A program made the translations under genes and the position numbers. Source: Neoconidiobolus thromboides FSU 785 (taxonomy: Eukaryota; Fungi; Entomophthoromycota). From it: a DNA stretch of 64,000 nt. The DNA lies in NCBI GenBank assembly GCA_025603075.1, contig MU626265.1:1-64000 (forward strand). The letters are read 5' to 3'. The notes under the pieces were generated by a model. The model ran no database searches. It worked only from the letters and a program-made list of their open reading frames with translations, and was not told where the DNA came from. Shown here in pieces: positions 1 through 13,647 of the stretch. Within the stretch, counting starts at the first letter, position 1. The number at the start of each line of letters is the position of its first letter.

Positions 1-732
1 ATCCTTACTGCATCTAAAAAATATCGTTTAGTAAGGTCATAGTTAGAGTGAGATAAACTAATATAAGATAATAAGCCTAAAGCTACCACACAATTATAGC
101 TTGGATTAGAATAAGACTGGGGTAAAGTTGCTTTTATTCCCTTCAATGACTTTCCATAAATTTGTTTATAGCATATACTATTATGTGGAAGCGTAAACCG
201 AGAAAGGACAGCAATTAAAGCATATGACAATATATTTGGTTCATTTTTTGTTAAAATCTCTCTCAAGTTAAACTTATCTAACCATAATCTAAATGGATCT
301 ACAATTTTATGGAAAAAAAGAGGACCATGCTTTAAAAAGTGATAATAAGCTTGATCTATTTTCATTGTGTCACTACATTTGAAAGCTGTATTGGTAATCA
401 GAGTTGGCGCAGTTTTATTAATTTTACGTTTCTTGTGTAACATATTCTCAAGTTGAGAAATCTTTTTCAAGATTTCACTATTGTTATACTTTTTTTCTTG
501 ATTTATTATTTCATATTTCTTATGAGCCCATTTTAAATATTCTAAACATAAATAAAATATGAGATATTAATAAAGCATTAAGTTAATTACCAATTGCCTG
601 TCCTTTAAGTTCATTATTTGAACTTGAGTCCAATTGCTTGAATATATCATTTAATATGCGATCGATGTTATTTAACCTGAACTCTACTAAACCTACTCTA
701 CTTCTTATCTTTTCTTTTGATTTTGACTTCAT
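1..732 (-). CDS. Fungal transcription-factor-like (MHR) protein, family A paralog; 3' end truncated by window edge
   Basis: Exon 1 732-591 (142 nt, MKSKSKEKIRSRV...), GT-AG intron 590-542, exon 2 open from 541 to the edge (EYLKWAHKK...SYSNPSYNCVVALGLLSY...LDAVR). Colinear with the 22540 and 24759 genes. Absent from the ORF track because no stop lies in the window. Confidence 0.85.
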
Positions 733-2294
733 ATTTAATTTTATTATCTTAAGTTTTTATTTAAATTGTATTGGAATTTATATTGAATTGAACATAATAA
801 ACCAGGGCTGGAACGCATTTTGGTTAAAGTAGATCACTGGTAAAATTATTCGTAAAAAAGTAATTTAATACTGAAACTTAGATTTTCGCTTAAAATTTTT
901 TAACAAACTTTATTTATAAATAAAAGTGAAAACATTAAATTGAGAAAGAGCGTTTTTACTAAACTCTAAATCAAAAGGTAATTTTCATCAATTTGATAAA
1001 TATCTTATCATTATTAAAGAAAGACATTATGGCTTTAATTAAATTATTCACTTTATTCAACCCTAGTTTTTATTGTATAGTTAAGCTACCTTATTAGGAC
1101 TCAGTTTTAGTTTGTAAAATATTTATTAACAGAGTTCAATTTTCTAAATAGAATCAACACATAGAATTTGATAAATGCTTTGAGTAAATTATATTTCGGA
1201 ATTTGCTTTAACTATTGGTGATGAAAAGTAAAAAAATGAAATTAAATGTCCAAACAAAAACTCACTTATTTTACTTGTTACTTTTGATTACTTAAGCTCT
1301 ACTACAGCTTGGTTGATTCGTTTTACTCAAAAATGTATGTAGTAGAAATCAAGGAAATTTTGGGGCAAACGCCAAGGGGAATTGAAAAACCTATATCTTT
1401 TCTGAATATTACTGAAGAGAAGGGTTTCTTCAACACTCTTGCTTATAAAATAAATAAACCTAGTTGCATCAAAGTATGCTCTAAAGTTTTTGAAAGTGTA
1501 GCTCTAAAGGAGTTTTACTTATTAGATAAGTGACTCATGCATTTGGACTCCTATTCAATTTGAGTATTACAAGGTAGGTGACTGTGTTGAAGTGTATTAA
1601 TAGTCAATTCTTTTTAAAACTAAACATAAAACTTAATATAATACCTGATATATGTTTGTTTCATTCAATTAAAGTTTTTATTTTTGGTATTTATGTCATC
1701 TTATCAGTTTTTTTATGGAAGCAACGCTAAAATTTAAGTTATAAATTTGTCTACTCTAAGCTGGGTATCCTTTGTCAGATTGGTTGATTAAGTAAACATT
1801 CATTTACTACTGTAATTAGTTTATTATATCGTTTGGTTGAATATTAGCATCATTTTTATTACAGCCTACAACATGTATTAAAAATAAATAGCTTTTATAT
1901 ATAATAGTTTCATTGAAACTTAAATTTATAAAAATAGCATACAGATTAGATAGATTTATATTGTAGCTTTTATTTGAGTGTCAGTAGGGACTACATTCTA
2001 ATGCGGAATCTTACAAAATAATTACTACAGAGATAAAATGCTCATCTATAATTCAAATGGGACTCCTCAGTTTATTTTATACTGGGCATTATATTTTAGT
2101 AAAATCTGCTTGTATAATGTCGGGATAGAACTTTAACCCTTACTGAAAATCAATTAAAAACCCTACTATAAGTCTATCTATCTATATCAAAATTGACTCA
2201 AGGATGTCTTTTTGGCTCCAATATTTTGTTCATTTTTATTCAATAAAGAAGTTGAATGGCCTATTGAGTTTTTAAACAAAAAAAATGTTCTAAT

Positions 2295-2400
2295 ATATGG
2301 GGCTGTTTTTTTAACTTCATTATTTCTTCCATTTTTTAAGCGCTATTTATGTGGAAAAATTATCAGTAAAATTCTTAAATACAAAAATACATCCCCATAT
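2295..2400 (+). mobile_element. MITE family 1 copy (coordinates of MITE copies include both 4-bp flanks; strand is an arbitrary orientation label)
   Basis: ATAT-GGGGCTGTTTTTTT...AATACATCCCC-ATAT; matches the ~98-bp consensus. Confidence 0.9.
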
Positions 2401-2449
2401 GTTTATGTAATATGAAAATAAAGTCATTTATAGATCATTATTATTAAAC

Positions 2450-2550
2450 ATATGGGGATGTATTTTTTGTTTAAGAATTTGTTTACAATCTTTTTACTCA
2501 AACAGTGGTTAAAAAATGAAAAAAGTAGAAACCAAAAAACATCCTCATAT
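2450..2550 (-). mobile_element. MITE family 1 copy, inverted relative to the 2295 copy
   Basis: ATAT-GGGGATGTATTTT...AAACATCCTC-ATAT. Confidence 0.85.
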
Positions 2551-2921
2551 TGAGTTTAAAGTAAATTTTGATTAATACAAAACATGGTGGCTTCTATAAT
2601 TAAGCTGGATTTTTTCCACTAAAAAAATAAAACTTGAAATGAACCAATAATAGTTAATAATACGAGTTTAATTAGGGATAAAAAAAGGATATTCGAAAAT
2701 AGTTAATAGGTTTAAAATTAGTTTTAATTTGAAATGTATATAATTAGTGAGAAGTGAAATAAATACAACTAGTTTTTTAATTTGACATCGGTTCTTTCTA
2801 TAAGATTTCAATTCAATAGCCTGGTTCTATTAGCTATATTATTAGACAGCAGACAACTTATTCCAACTTTAACATTAAATAACGCAATAAATTATTTTAC
2901 AATATACCTTCTGGTAGTAAA

Positions 2922-3830
2922 ATGGATCCCAACGCATTGAAAACAATAGCAATTACGTCCAACACAATCTCAATTATATTTACAGCAACATCGATTGTTC
3001 TGTTTATCACTATCTCTATAATTAACAATAATATCTACGACTCCCTTGTGTATCGATTATCAGCTATTATCTTATTTGGCAATCTAATATTAAACATAAT
3101 CAACTTAATCCAAGCAACATTATTAATAAATTCAACAATATCATGTTATGTACTAGAATTTCTAAGTACCCTAAGTATCTCTTTATCCATGCTTTATGCT
3201 ACTGTAATAGCCACTATATTACTAATTAATGTTATTTATCTATATGAGTTTTCAAAACGGGCTAGATGCTTCACTTATCTTATTCCAATATTTCTTTCTT
3301 TACTTCTGGCTGGCCTACAAGCTATCATTGGCAACATCGAGAATATTAATAATCAATGTGGCTATTCAAATGTTGAAGATTGGCTATCAGCTAGCTTAAT
3401 CAAATTAGGATCAGTTATTGTTAGCATTATATTATGTCCAATTAGTTATTTTACTATCTTTATTTATATCAATATCAGGAATTATAACTCGAATCAAGAT
3501 GTATTAAGAAAGGGAGGGTCTTTTAAACAATTAAATTGGAAAGTTTTACTAAAATTATTAGCTTATCCTACAATACCTATCTTAAGTTATTTGTTCTATT
3601 TTATTATACTCTATTTAATTACTTATTCTGAAGAGGAATTATCCAGGTTGAGTCAAATGTATGCTGCCTTTCAAGGATTTTCCAAGTTTCTATTTGGTTT
3701 CCAAGGGGTTTTAAATGCATGTTTATTTTTTAATAATACAATCTTTTTGAAGGAGTTGAAAAAAGCGTATTGTAAGTTATCATATCCGGATAACCACACT
3801 TTACTTTGTAACAATGGTTGTGAGGGTTGA
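2922..3830 (+). CDS. Putative 7TM GPCR-like receptor (cAMP-receptor/Git3-like)
   Basis: 302-aa intronless ORF with about seven hydrophobic segments. Motifs SLVYRL, extracellular Cys (SCY...QCGY), KLLAYP in TM6 and QGVLNACLFF in TM7 resemble fungal CAR/Git3-type receptors. Confidence 0.7.
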   Translation: MDPNALKTIAITSNTISIIFTATSIVLFITISIINNNIYDSLVYRLSAIILFGNLILNIINLIQATLLINSTISCYVLEFLSTLSISLSMLYATVIATILLINVIYLYEFSKRARCFTYLIPIFLSLLLAGLQAIIGNIENINNQCGYSNVEDWLSASLIKLGSVIVSIILCPISYFTIFIYINIRNYNSNQDVLRKGGSFKQLNWKVLLKLLAYPTIPILSYLFYFIILYLITYSEEELSRLSQMYAAFQGFSKFLFGFQGVLNACLFFNNTIFLKELKKAYCKLSYPDNHTLLCNNGCEG

Positions 3831-4389
3831 TGCTGTGTTTTGTTGCACTTGAGTTTTTCTAGAAATGGAATTATAAAGTAAGACATATCTGATATCTGTA
3901 GTTGTTAGATAGAATATAACTATCAGATGTTAAAGTAGAAAAGACGTAATCGGGATTTTATTTTTGATTTAATTTTAATAAAATTATTAATTTTTTCTCA
4001 AGTATTAAGTATAAATAAATTATATTAAACTAAACTGAATTGAATTAATAGAAATTTAAAACCCATAGTGATATAAAAGCATATTAATGAATACAAATAA
4101 AATGAAGATTGAACTATAAATTAAGATAGCAAAGGCGAGGAAGTGGCTAAAGAGATAAACAACTTTGAACTTTTTCTAAAGTTGATTTAAAATCTAAGAA
4201 ATTGTAGTCTGAGCTATTAGACAATGTTAATTACCTAATGAATTTAGTTAAGCATTTACGAATAAAATCGTTATCTTCTTTAGTTAATAGCCTGTTAGCT
4301 AATAGATTAATTGAAAAATAAACTAATAGAATAAAATTATAACATTCAAGCATTACCCGATGATCAAGACTTTTTTGGTTTTTTTTGAA

Positions 4390-5872
4390 TTATCGAGTCA
4401 ATTACCTTCCATATGTTTATAAAGTCCTCCTATATTTTATAAAGATAGTTTTTGGAGGGTAATCTATGAAATTGAGGTGATAAAACTAATATAAAGCCCA
4501 ATGACAATAGCATACATGTATTTAAAGTATTATACACATAATTATTAAACATGTGGTTTGAAAATCTTGCTACTTTTTGGCTTTTAAATCTAATCATTTA
4601 AGATTGAGTGATAAATTCATATATTTTGTATTATTCTAGTGCCATTTGAACTGTTTTATGTATTTTGTTTCTAAATTATCTTTACAACTGTTTTTTCATA
4701 ATATATATACCTAATCTTGTTATTTGTATCATGCTTTACTGTGTTATTGTTATAATAACTTAAATAACTACATATTTCCATTTCTAAACTATTAGTACAT
4801 AATAGGAAGATCGAGAGTTGTATTCTGGAGTTGAATTCAACGCTTTACTATTTAAAAACAAAGTGATATCTTCTACACCCATAGCACTGACAATTTAATT
4901 TCTTATTAATGTTAAAGCACAAGACACCTTTTCATTCATACATGCAAATCCTTGATTTTGATCTAACTTCAATCCGTTTTATTGGTTTCAATTTAAAATA
5001 TTAAAAACGTGATAATAGTTTCGTACAATTTTTTCTTACATTTTTGTCCGCTTTCATCGAGCTCATTACTTTTTTTACCAGCTGTACTTTTCATTTTAAT
5101 CAAACATTTAAGATGTACCAAAGCGGGCTTCCTTTTATTCCTAAGGAATTATTCTAAAGTAAATAATGTGGTAACAGTGAGGTTCTCTAAACAAGGTTGA
5201 CTCATACTATTACTTAGCAATTGATCAAAGTTTTCTAATTCACAATTTAATAGGATACCAGATTCACTTATCTGCAGATTTTATTACCTTATTAAATTTT
5301 TGGAATAGCAGTAACTTTAATGAATTTTTAACACTACTTTTTAACTTTACTAAACACTCTTTATCTAATCAATAACCTTCGAGATCAATTCTGGCATGAT
5401 ATACGTTTATAAATCAATTAAATAATTTATTTGAATCCACCCCATTTAATGATATGGATGATATCTTTAATTCATTTGTTGACTTATCATTAATAAATGA
5501 GAATAAACTAAATAGAAGGTCATCACAATTTATTAGTTTATTAAAGTTATAGGTTAGTTTAAAAGCTCGATTAAAATTTTGCCTAATTCTGTTTTTTTGC
5601 AAAAATTATAAGTAACAAATGCTACAAATTTTTTACTTTTTTGCTTTTTTGCTTTTGCCTATTAACACAATTTATACTGTGACGTTTTTTATCCAGTATT
5701 AATAGTTGAAAAAAAGCTACACTAAATATTAAATGGACAAAAAAGTGAAATTGAAAAACTTTAATTCTAGTTTTAACCGAGCTTTTAAACTTACTCGTAT
5801 ATATGGCATCTTCGACTTTATCCTGAAACTCATGCCTTTTTTAATAATCGACCTTTCCCTTTTCTTCTCAGT
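4390..5872 (-). pseudogene. Decayed TF-like gene, family B copy A, interrupted by a 246-bp TIR element
   Basis: Translated fragments FSFINDKSTNELK, ILLNCELENFDQLLSNSMSQPCLENLT and VEDITLFLNSKALNSTPEYNSRS align with 27163-28480. In-frame stops are present. Confidence 0.7.
5552..5797. mobile_element. Putative non-autonomous TIR element (family 2), TATA-flanked
   Basis: Inverted repeat 5553-5577 vs 5770-5794 (22/25 identical by eye). TATA at 5548-5551 and 5798-5801. It interrupts otherwise colinear pseudogene homology. Confidence 0.65.
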
Positions 5873-6689
5873 TTATACTTGCTGTCTAGAGCATTCTTTT
5901 GCCTCAAATAAGTATATATCATCCATTTAATACTTTTTGTCAATTATTTTCTACTTTTATTCAATTGGTTCCTGAAACTATTTAATATCATAATCAACTT
6001 GTGTTATAACTAATTTACTCGCTTTTCTGCAATTTTCTTGTAAAATAGCCATATTTATAACATTAAATAAAATAAAATAATTTACCTGTTTTATTAACAT
6101 ACTATAACGCTACTATAAAATTTATAAATTATCAAACCAATTGAAATTAAGTTCTAAGTTAAATCAATTAGTCTTTTAAATTGTTAATTAACAAGTAAGC
6201 ACTAATTAAAAACTAATTTATTTTAATGTCACAATGACCCAAAAGTAAAGTTAAGTAAGAACAAAATAAGGTATGGTATACTTTCCCAGTGACTTAATTT
6301 TCCTCTAATTGATTATCAATTAGTTTACTTTATTAATAAAACATTCGGGGACTAATGCTCTTTTAAAGACATATAAAAAGCTGCAAAGTTGAAAAATAAT
6401 AAGCCATAGATTTGTAAATCATTTATAAGCTTTATTATTATTGAGAATAAACAACAGTAATATGTAATCGAATACACTAAAAACATAAGGTTTTGGGATT
6501 TATGCTATAAAAAATTTAAACTATAAACCTGATTATTTAATTACTATTCAAAAGTAGTATAGACAAGTAAATCGATATTAATTATTAAAGTCAATTAAAG
6601 TTAAAAAATCATTTTACAACTTTGACTTTAATGATATTATTATCCTTAATTAGGAGATTAATTTAAATAATATACTGAATATAGATTTA

Positions 6690-8580
6690 ATAAATTATAT
6701 TGCTAGATATACTTTTATATTTTATACTTACTTCAAAAGAATCGATGGCTGATTTTGCTTTAGTTATGATGAAATTAATATACATTCCATATTTATACAT
6801 AATAAGGCTCATACCCAATTCATAACTGTGAAGTAACTTAATGATATTAGTCTTAATCATATTAATAGCTTCATTACCGATTAAGCTTGAACTTAAAATA
6901 GAAAGAGAAGAGAATATTGTCAATAAAGTATAAAAGGTGAATATAGGGTATTTAGATCTTAAAAAGTGTATCATCACTAATTAATTATATTTATGGCATT
7001 TAATAATAGAACTGTTTGAGTTTCCAAATATTTCAAAACTACTTTATGTATTTTCTGATTTCGTAAGTTATATAAATCAATTTCATCCGATATTTCTTTA
7101 AAGTAGATATGACGTGAAGCTTTATATAAAGATACTATCTTAATGAAGTCCTCAGTAGAGTTAGTATATGCTTTATCAAAACATCTATTTGAACAGGCTC
7201 TTTAGTTATAGTTGAATATATCAATGATAATTAAAAAGTGTAAATTATTAATTTTTATTTTATTTTATAGGCTTTTTAAATCTACAAGTATAACATCAGG
7301 AAAAATACATAAAAAATGTTTTAAATCTATAGCCCTATTACTATTTGTAACAATATAAGTCAAAGATTTAATTAAACTCTTATGAAATTAATTAATATAG
7401 CTCTGAGTTAGACTGAACTCACCTAATGATAAAATAAGGCTTAAACATGGTATGTAGTTTAGATTATCAATCCTTTTGAGTGTTTCTACAAGGCGCTCAA
7501 CTATTAGTAAATTTACTATAGTTATTTGATTTATGTATAAAGATGGCACTTTCTTAAAATCACCCTTTTCATGATTGACTTCTTTAAATTGAGTGTTAGT
7601 TAAATGATAAATAGACTCAGTTTCTGAAAAACCACAGTATTTAATGAGTGAGGAAGTACTATAGAATGCTTTATTAATTTTACTGGATATAACGATTTAA
7701 GACTATATTTTTTCATAATCACAAATGAATCTAACTTCTTTACTTTTAAAATATGACCCTTGATTTGACTTTAACTTGTCTATTCATAATATATATAGCA
7801 TCCTTACAAGCAAATTTGCAAGTTGATAAGATAAACTATAATTAATTAAAATTAAAGAAATATAGTATAACAAACATAATGCTTCAACACTTTCGAAACT
7901 TGAGTTGCTCCAGGCTTGAAAAATTAATGATTGTATGTTATTTGACTAAATATGATAAATGGTCTCAAAATCGTATCCAGGGAAAGAAAAACGACTAAAG
8001 CTTAAAGAAGTGGTTAAAATTTTTGACATGAATCCTGCCTTGAGCTGCTTTATATAAGAAGCTAATTGTTTAGGTTCAATATAAGAACTCAATCCATAAA
8101 CAAAGTAATCGCGAGTCTTTGTATTAAATTCTAAAAAAGATTCACAATCAGAAATAATTATTCAAGTTCCAACATGCTCAGCTCTTCTCAAATTATGATT
8201 CCTCAAAGTTATTAAATTAGATGACGAAAGCTTGGTATTAAGAGTTTTTTTGAATCAAATCAAGCTTCCATTTTAACTCTATACCTTGTTTGTTTAAAAT
8301 TGCCTTTTCATCTAAACTGGTTGTACCTTTGCTTTTAAGCATCTTTAATACCCATATTAAGTACCTTTTTAACTCCAAGGTCCTATATTTACTTTAAAAG
8401 AAGACTCTGAACATAACTGAGATAAAGCATGGTCATTGTCAAAAGAATCTAATATTTCAACCAATTTAAAAATTGTAAACAACTGTAGTTCAAGCTTTCG
8501 TATCCCGTTTTCCAACTCTCTTCTCCTTGCCTTTAATTAAATTTCATCATTTCACTTAGTCTTATTCTTGATTTTATCAT
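6690..8580 (-). pseudogene. Decayed, divergent fungal TF-like (MHR) family member
   Basis: Reverse-strand fragments RRRELENGIRKLELQL, SRFSFP, AWSNSSFESVEAL, LLVRMLYIL and EDFIKIV follow the order of family A motifs (SRFTLP, AYSNPSY, AVRMAQ, NFIEV). Several in-frame stops. Confidence 0.55.
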
Positions 8581-9096
8581 TTGTAAATAAATAGCTAATG
8601 ATTTTTAACTTTGATACCATAGCTAGCAGCCTGATTTTGAGATGTTATTAATATGATTGTTTGTTTTAAACAAGCTTAAGAAGACTAAGAAGCTAATTAA
8701 GCTTTAATACTTATAAATACTTTAAAGCCATATTTGTTCCTATCACTTTATATAAAAGTCCAATATCTTTATCACTAAAGTTTGATTACAAAACATTTGA
8801 TTCCTAAATAATGTGTTTTTTGTCTATGGATTTAAAACTTTTCTAACTTTTAAGTGGCCTAAAAGTAAATAAGATGAAGATTACAAAATAAATGTCAAAA
8901 ATGTGAGTTTATTTTTTAAAATTTTGAATTATTAGCTATTAGGAATTTTTTCAAACTCAAATAGTCAATGTCAGGTAAAATTATATAAAGAATAGTTACT
9001 ATTTTATTTTGAACTCAGATTAATTTATAATATATTAAACAATTATAATAAAATATTAAAAAATACATACTATTTATTATAACAGTATTATTGAGA

Positions 9097-10846
9097 TTAA
9101 TTTAAATATATACTTATTTCTTCTATTAAATCTGGATGCAGCTGAAATCGATGGATACAGCACTTGATCTGGTCTAAGGCATTAGTAGAATCTTTGGAAT
9201 GCCTTTTGTTATCGGATTTAGATATTATATAAAGTTCTTTGATTAATAACACACATTTTGCTTGTGCTTCATTAACCATAAACATATCATCATCCCTCAA
9301 ACTCGAAGTTTGATGTGATAAATTAAGAAGCGTGAAAAAACTAAAATAGGCTTGGTAATAAAAAGGGACACGAATATTGGCTTGAAGCTTATATTTAGTA
9401 TCAAACTGGTGTATTTTACTAAACATTAAAGTTTCATGATTCAAATTTTTATTTAAACTTTTGTTTAAGCAATATGTAATAACTTGGTTAGCATGATTAA
9501 ACAGCAACTTTAACGTTGGCCCTATAAATCGTACAGGTTGAGGGTAAATCATGACAGATGGGTAATAAAGTGTCATAATACTATGTTGGATTAGTACTTT
9601 AATATACCTTTTGAAATTGAAATTATGATCATTTGCTCTCTCCTTTAATTCGGTCTCACTATAATCACTTTCTTCTCTTAGTAGATTTTGATTTTGTATT
9701 ATATTAATGAATTTAAACAATTTGTGAACTCGCTTTGAGGCAGAACCAAATCATCAGTGGGTATATTCGAATAATTATTTGAAAGCTCATACTTTTCTTT
9801 TACGTTTTGTATATGAGTTGCTATTTTAATATTTACTCCAATAAGATCTTTGATAAAAAGATATGGATCTTTGTCTACAGTTTCACACCGTATTCGCTTA
9901 CTATTGGTATTATTTTTGTTATGGTTCTTTCTGAAGAAATATAATGGCTCTTTTATTTCAAATTTAATAAAATACATATCTGCAGTATAATAAGAAAGGG
10001 TTAAATGATTGAGATAAAGGGTTTTCCAAATCCTTCTGCCTCGAGATAATTCATTATATCTCATGTCCAAAATATCTAGCTCATTAAACGAGGAATCATT
10101 TATATTATAGCTTAAAGATTGGACCATTCTTATTGCGCCTAGTAAATACTGTTTAGCAAGGTCAAAGTTTGAATGAGATAGACTAATATAAGATAATAAT
10201 CCTAGAGCTATCCCTTGGCCGTAGCTTGGATTAAAATACGATTGAGGCAAAATTGCTTTTATTCCTTTTAATGATTTTTTATAAATTTGTTTATAAGCTA
10301 TACTACCATGTATAACAGTAAAACGAGCAAAGAGAACAATTAAAGTATATGATAAAGTAGTAGGCTCTTTATTTGCTAATATTGCCTTCGAATTAAATTT
10401 TTCAAACCACAGTTTATATGGATATATATTCTTTACAAAGAAAATCGAGCCTTGCTCTAAAAAGTGGCTATAGGTCTGATACACTGTTATTGAGTCTATG
10501 TTTTTTATTATTGTTTCATTTGGTGGATGTGAAAATGTGGTTACAGCTTCAAAATTTCCATCCAATAAGAGTTTATAATAGAAAATCTTTTTTAAGATTT
10601 CATCATTACTATACTTCTCTTGATTTATTATCCTAAACTCATTTTGAGCCCAATTCAAATATTCTAAAAATGAATCAAATACTATAAAATATTAAAATGA
10701 TTACCATATACTTTTTGCCTAAATTCTAAATTTGAATGTGAGTCCAATTGTTTAAATATATTATTTATTGAACTATCAATACTATCTAACTTTGATTTTA
10801 TTACATCTACTCTACTTCCTGCTCTTCTTTTTGAGCTTATCTCCAT
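9097..10846 (-). pseudogene. Family A TF-like paralog with a single frameshift near 9710 (pseudogene or assembly error)
   Basis: Exon 1 10846-10705 (142 nt), intron 10704-10664, exon 2 from 10663. ORFs 9699-10658 and 9097-9720 are the two halves of a paralog, offset by an apparent 4-nt loss. Confidence 0.8.
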
Positions 10847-11166
10847 GTTCAACTTCCTCTTTGTTACTCCTTTTTCTTACTGTTATTTATAACTGCATTG
10901 ACTTTATTTTGAATCTAAAATGAAAAACAAAGGTATATAATTACTTTTGATTCGAAAATAACTAGAGTTTAGTAAAATTAAATACAAAAAATAAACTAAA
11001 AGAAAATTGTGCTTTTTTAATTCATCTTGTATTTATTCTATATAATAAGAAAAATAATTCTGTTTTACTATTATTTCGTGTTGCTTTATTCTTTAAGTTA
11101 ATTTTACAATTATTACTAAAGCTAAAAAACTATTTTAGTTATGATATTCGTTTATTGACATGAATC

Positions 11167-11273
11167 ATATGAGAGTGTTTTTTTTGACTTCATTATTTTT
11201 TCCATTTTCTAAGCGCCATTTAAGCGGAAATTTTGTTGGTAAAATTCTTAAACACAAAAATACATCCCCATAT
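11167..11273 (+). mobile_element. MITE family 1 copy
   Basis: ATAT-GAGAGTGTTTT...TACATCCCC-ATAT. Confidence 0.9.
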
Positions 11274-12540
11274 TTTCCTTGAATTTTTTTTAAAAATTAC
11301 TCTTATAAAAATAAATATTAATAAAAATATTAATACTACCTTGTTATGTAAATAAAATTAATTTTGACGAAATTGAACTAAAGAATTAAAGTATTAAAAA
11401 ATAAAATATTGTAGCTAAGATGGTGTTTATAGATATATAAACTATCTAAAATATGAATATATAAAAATTAAATATTTTTGGAATATTTAAATCAATAATA
11501 AATGTTTATCTAAAATCCTTCTATAGCTTTCTGATTTTATCAAACAATAATAGTATATTTGTCAAATAATAACACAATTCAGGTAAAAGTAAAGAATAAG
11601 CAGTGTTAGAATAACAAATGTATAAATTTGGTTCAAATTGAAGTATTATATAATTTATTATAAAAAGAGAACATTCGAATACACCTTATTTAAAGGCACA
11701 TACATTTTAGTATATAAATTAAACTAGGGATTAATAAGCAGTGATACTGCTTTAGAAATGAAATCTTAGGTCCCTTTATATTCATTAGTTAATACATTTT
11801 ATTTCGCTCTTAATTTTAAATTTTAAGCATAACTTCATCAATAAAAAATGATCTTGTATAACTTATTATGTAAAATAGGTCTTCTCTTATTTATAATATT
11901 AGAAAGATTTTCAAAAATTACTTAGATACGTAAAATAATTATCAAAAATCCTATTAAATATAAGAAATGAAACTTATAATTCTTAAGCTTTAGCTTTTTG
12001 AATCATACCCAATACAGTTTAGAAATCGTCAAAAGGAGTATACTCAAATTTATACTCAATACAATATTTTCCCAACTCTTTACTACGTCGAGTAGATGAG
12101 GCATCAATATAATGAGCTGTAGGTATATCTAATACGCTATTATCGTAAAATATAATAAAAAGTTTCGTTCCTCCATTTTCTTTTTTGTATTATTCTTTAT
12201 CAATGTCCATTCAAAGGCCTTTGTTGTGAATATAAGCACTATATTAAGAGAAAATTAAGAGTCCAATCATTATAAACGATGGATTTCCCTATCATCCTTA
12301 AAAGCGCAAGGTCATTTCCTGTTCAAGAGTTCTATGACTAGCATGAATTTTAAAATTCGTACAATCATTAGGAAAGAACTGAACTTTTCAAGTGTTCAAT
12401 CATAAAACTAAAGCCAGTTACAAAATATAGACTGTGATAAAATATCAAGCTAAATTCACTTATGCCAAAACACATGTATCGAGATATTACTTGAAAAACA
12501 ATATTCCGTAAACTCTTCAAACTTAGGGGTCTAATTCAAC

Positions 12541-12646
12541 ATCTGGGGATGTTTTTTTGGCTTCATTATTTTTTCCATTTTTTAAGCACTATTTGAGTGG
12601 AAAGATTGTTAGTAAAATTCTTAAACACAAAAATACATCCCTATCT
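12541..12646 (+). mobile_element. MITE family 1 copy with ATCT/ATCT direct flanks
   Basis: ATCT-GGGGATG...ACATCCCT-ATCT. Confidence 0.9.
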
Positions 12647-12860
12647 GTTTACAATGAATAGTAATTCTAAAAACGAAAAGTATGTAGCTTTGAGAAAAAT
12701 TAAGGCATCTTCCCAACTCAGATCTACTGACCCCCATAGTAATTTAAAAACTTCTCTGGGATTACCTAATGTTTTTTTAAATGCTAATGTTTTGCATATA
12801 TATCATTTTTCTTTCCCTAGGCATCATTTTATCATTTAAATTCTTACGAGTTTCTATACA

Positions 12861-12961
12861 ATATAGGAATATATTTTTGTGTTTAAAAAATTTACTAATA
12901 ATTTTTCTGCTCGAATAGCGCTTAGAAGATAGAAAAAGTGAAGTCAAAAAAAATCTCATAT
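12861..12961 (-). mobile_element. MITE family 1 copy (diverged ends)
   Basis: Internal CTCGAATAGCGCTTAG...GAAGTCAAAAAAA matches the reverse consensus; ATAT flanks. Confidence 0.8.
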
Positions 12962-13647
12962 ATTTATCTATCGATATAACACCAGAGCCTTGTAATATAA
13001 TTATTCCACTAAAATTACAAAAAATTAAAACATAAGGATTCCTTTTAGTCGTTTAAAAGGTTTTAAATAGATATGGTAACTGAAAAGTTTATAAAATCTC
13101 TTGGTTTTTATATTAATTGTTAACTATTTTACCCACATAATCAAAGTGATAAGTCTTTGGGGCATCACTTAAAAATAGATCACTTATAAATAAAAATAAA
13201 GTTAAAAGACAAATTAGGTTGTTAGACAAATAACAGAATTTTACAACACTATTTCTAAGTTTAATCTAAATTAATATGTAAAAATATAAGGGGGATTTTA
13301 ATAAATTATCGTTTTTAATTAAAGCTTAATCAGATGGTAAGGAATATCAATGAATCCAAGCAGCGCTTTATTACGGTAAAGGATAAGGATTTCTATTTAC
13401 TTTACAACATTTTGTTTTTTAATTTTTTTAATGACAAACAATTAAGATCAAAGGAAATAAGAATATTGAATTTAATTTTAAGCATTTAAAAAAACATTAC
13501 ATACAATAAGATTTATTAAACTGTGGTACAACTCTACAATAGCCGTTCAAAATTTCAGCATAAAAGTATCAATGCACAATACTTATAAACAATCATAGTA
13601 ATAAGCTACTATAGTTTATATAAAGAACATCAAAATACCCATTAAAA

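Noticed and set aside
1309-1533. 74-aa ORF with a VVEIK motif
   Set aside because: Non-ATG start, short, no supporting context; cannot be assigned.
2295-2400. ATAT as part of the MITE terminal inverted repeat
   Set aside because: Copies with ATCT/ATCT, ATTT/ATTT and AAAT/AAAT flanks show direct, not inverted, repetition.
2212-2415. Short ORFs sharing FFKRYLxxKIxSKILK (also 12597, 44969, 57577, 60637)
   Set aside because: They are translations of the MITE sequence, not a protein family.
11940-12540. Possible decayed coding fragment on the minus strand (ENGGTKLFIIFYDNSVLDIP...)
   Set aside because: No recognisable family and many stops.
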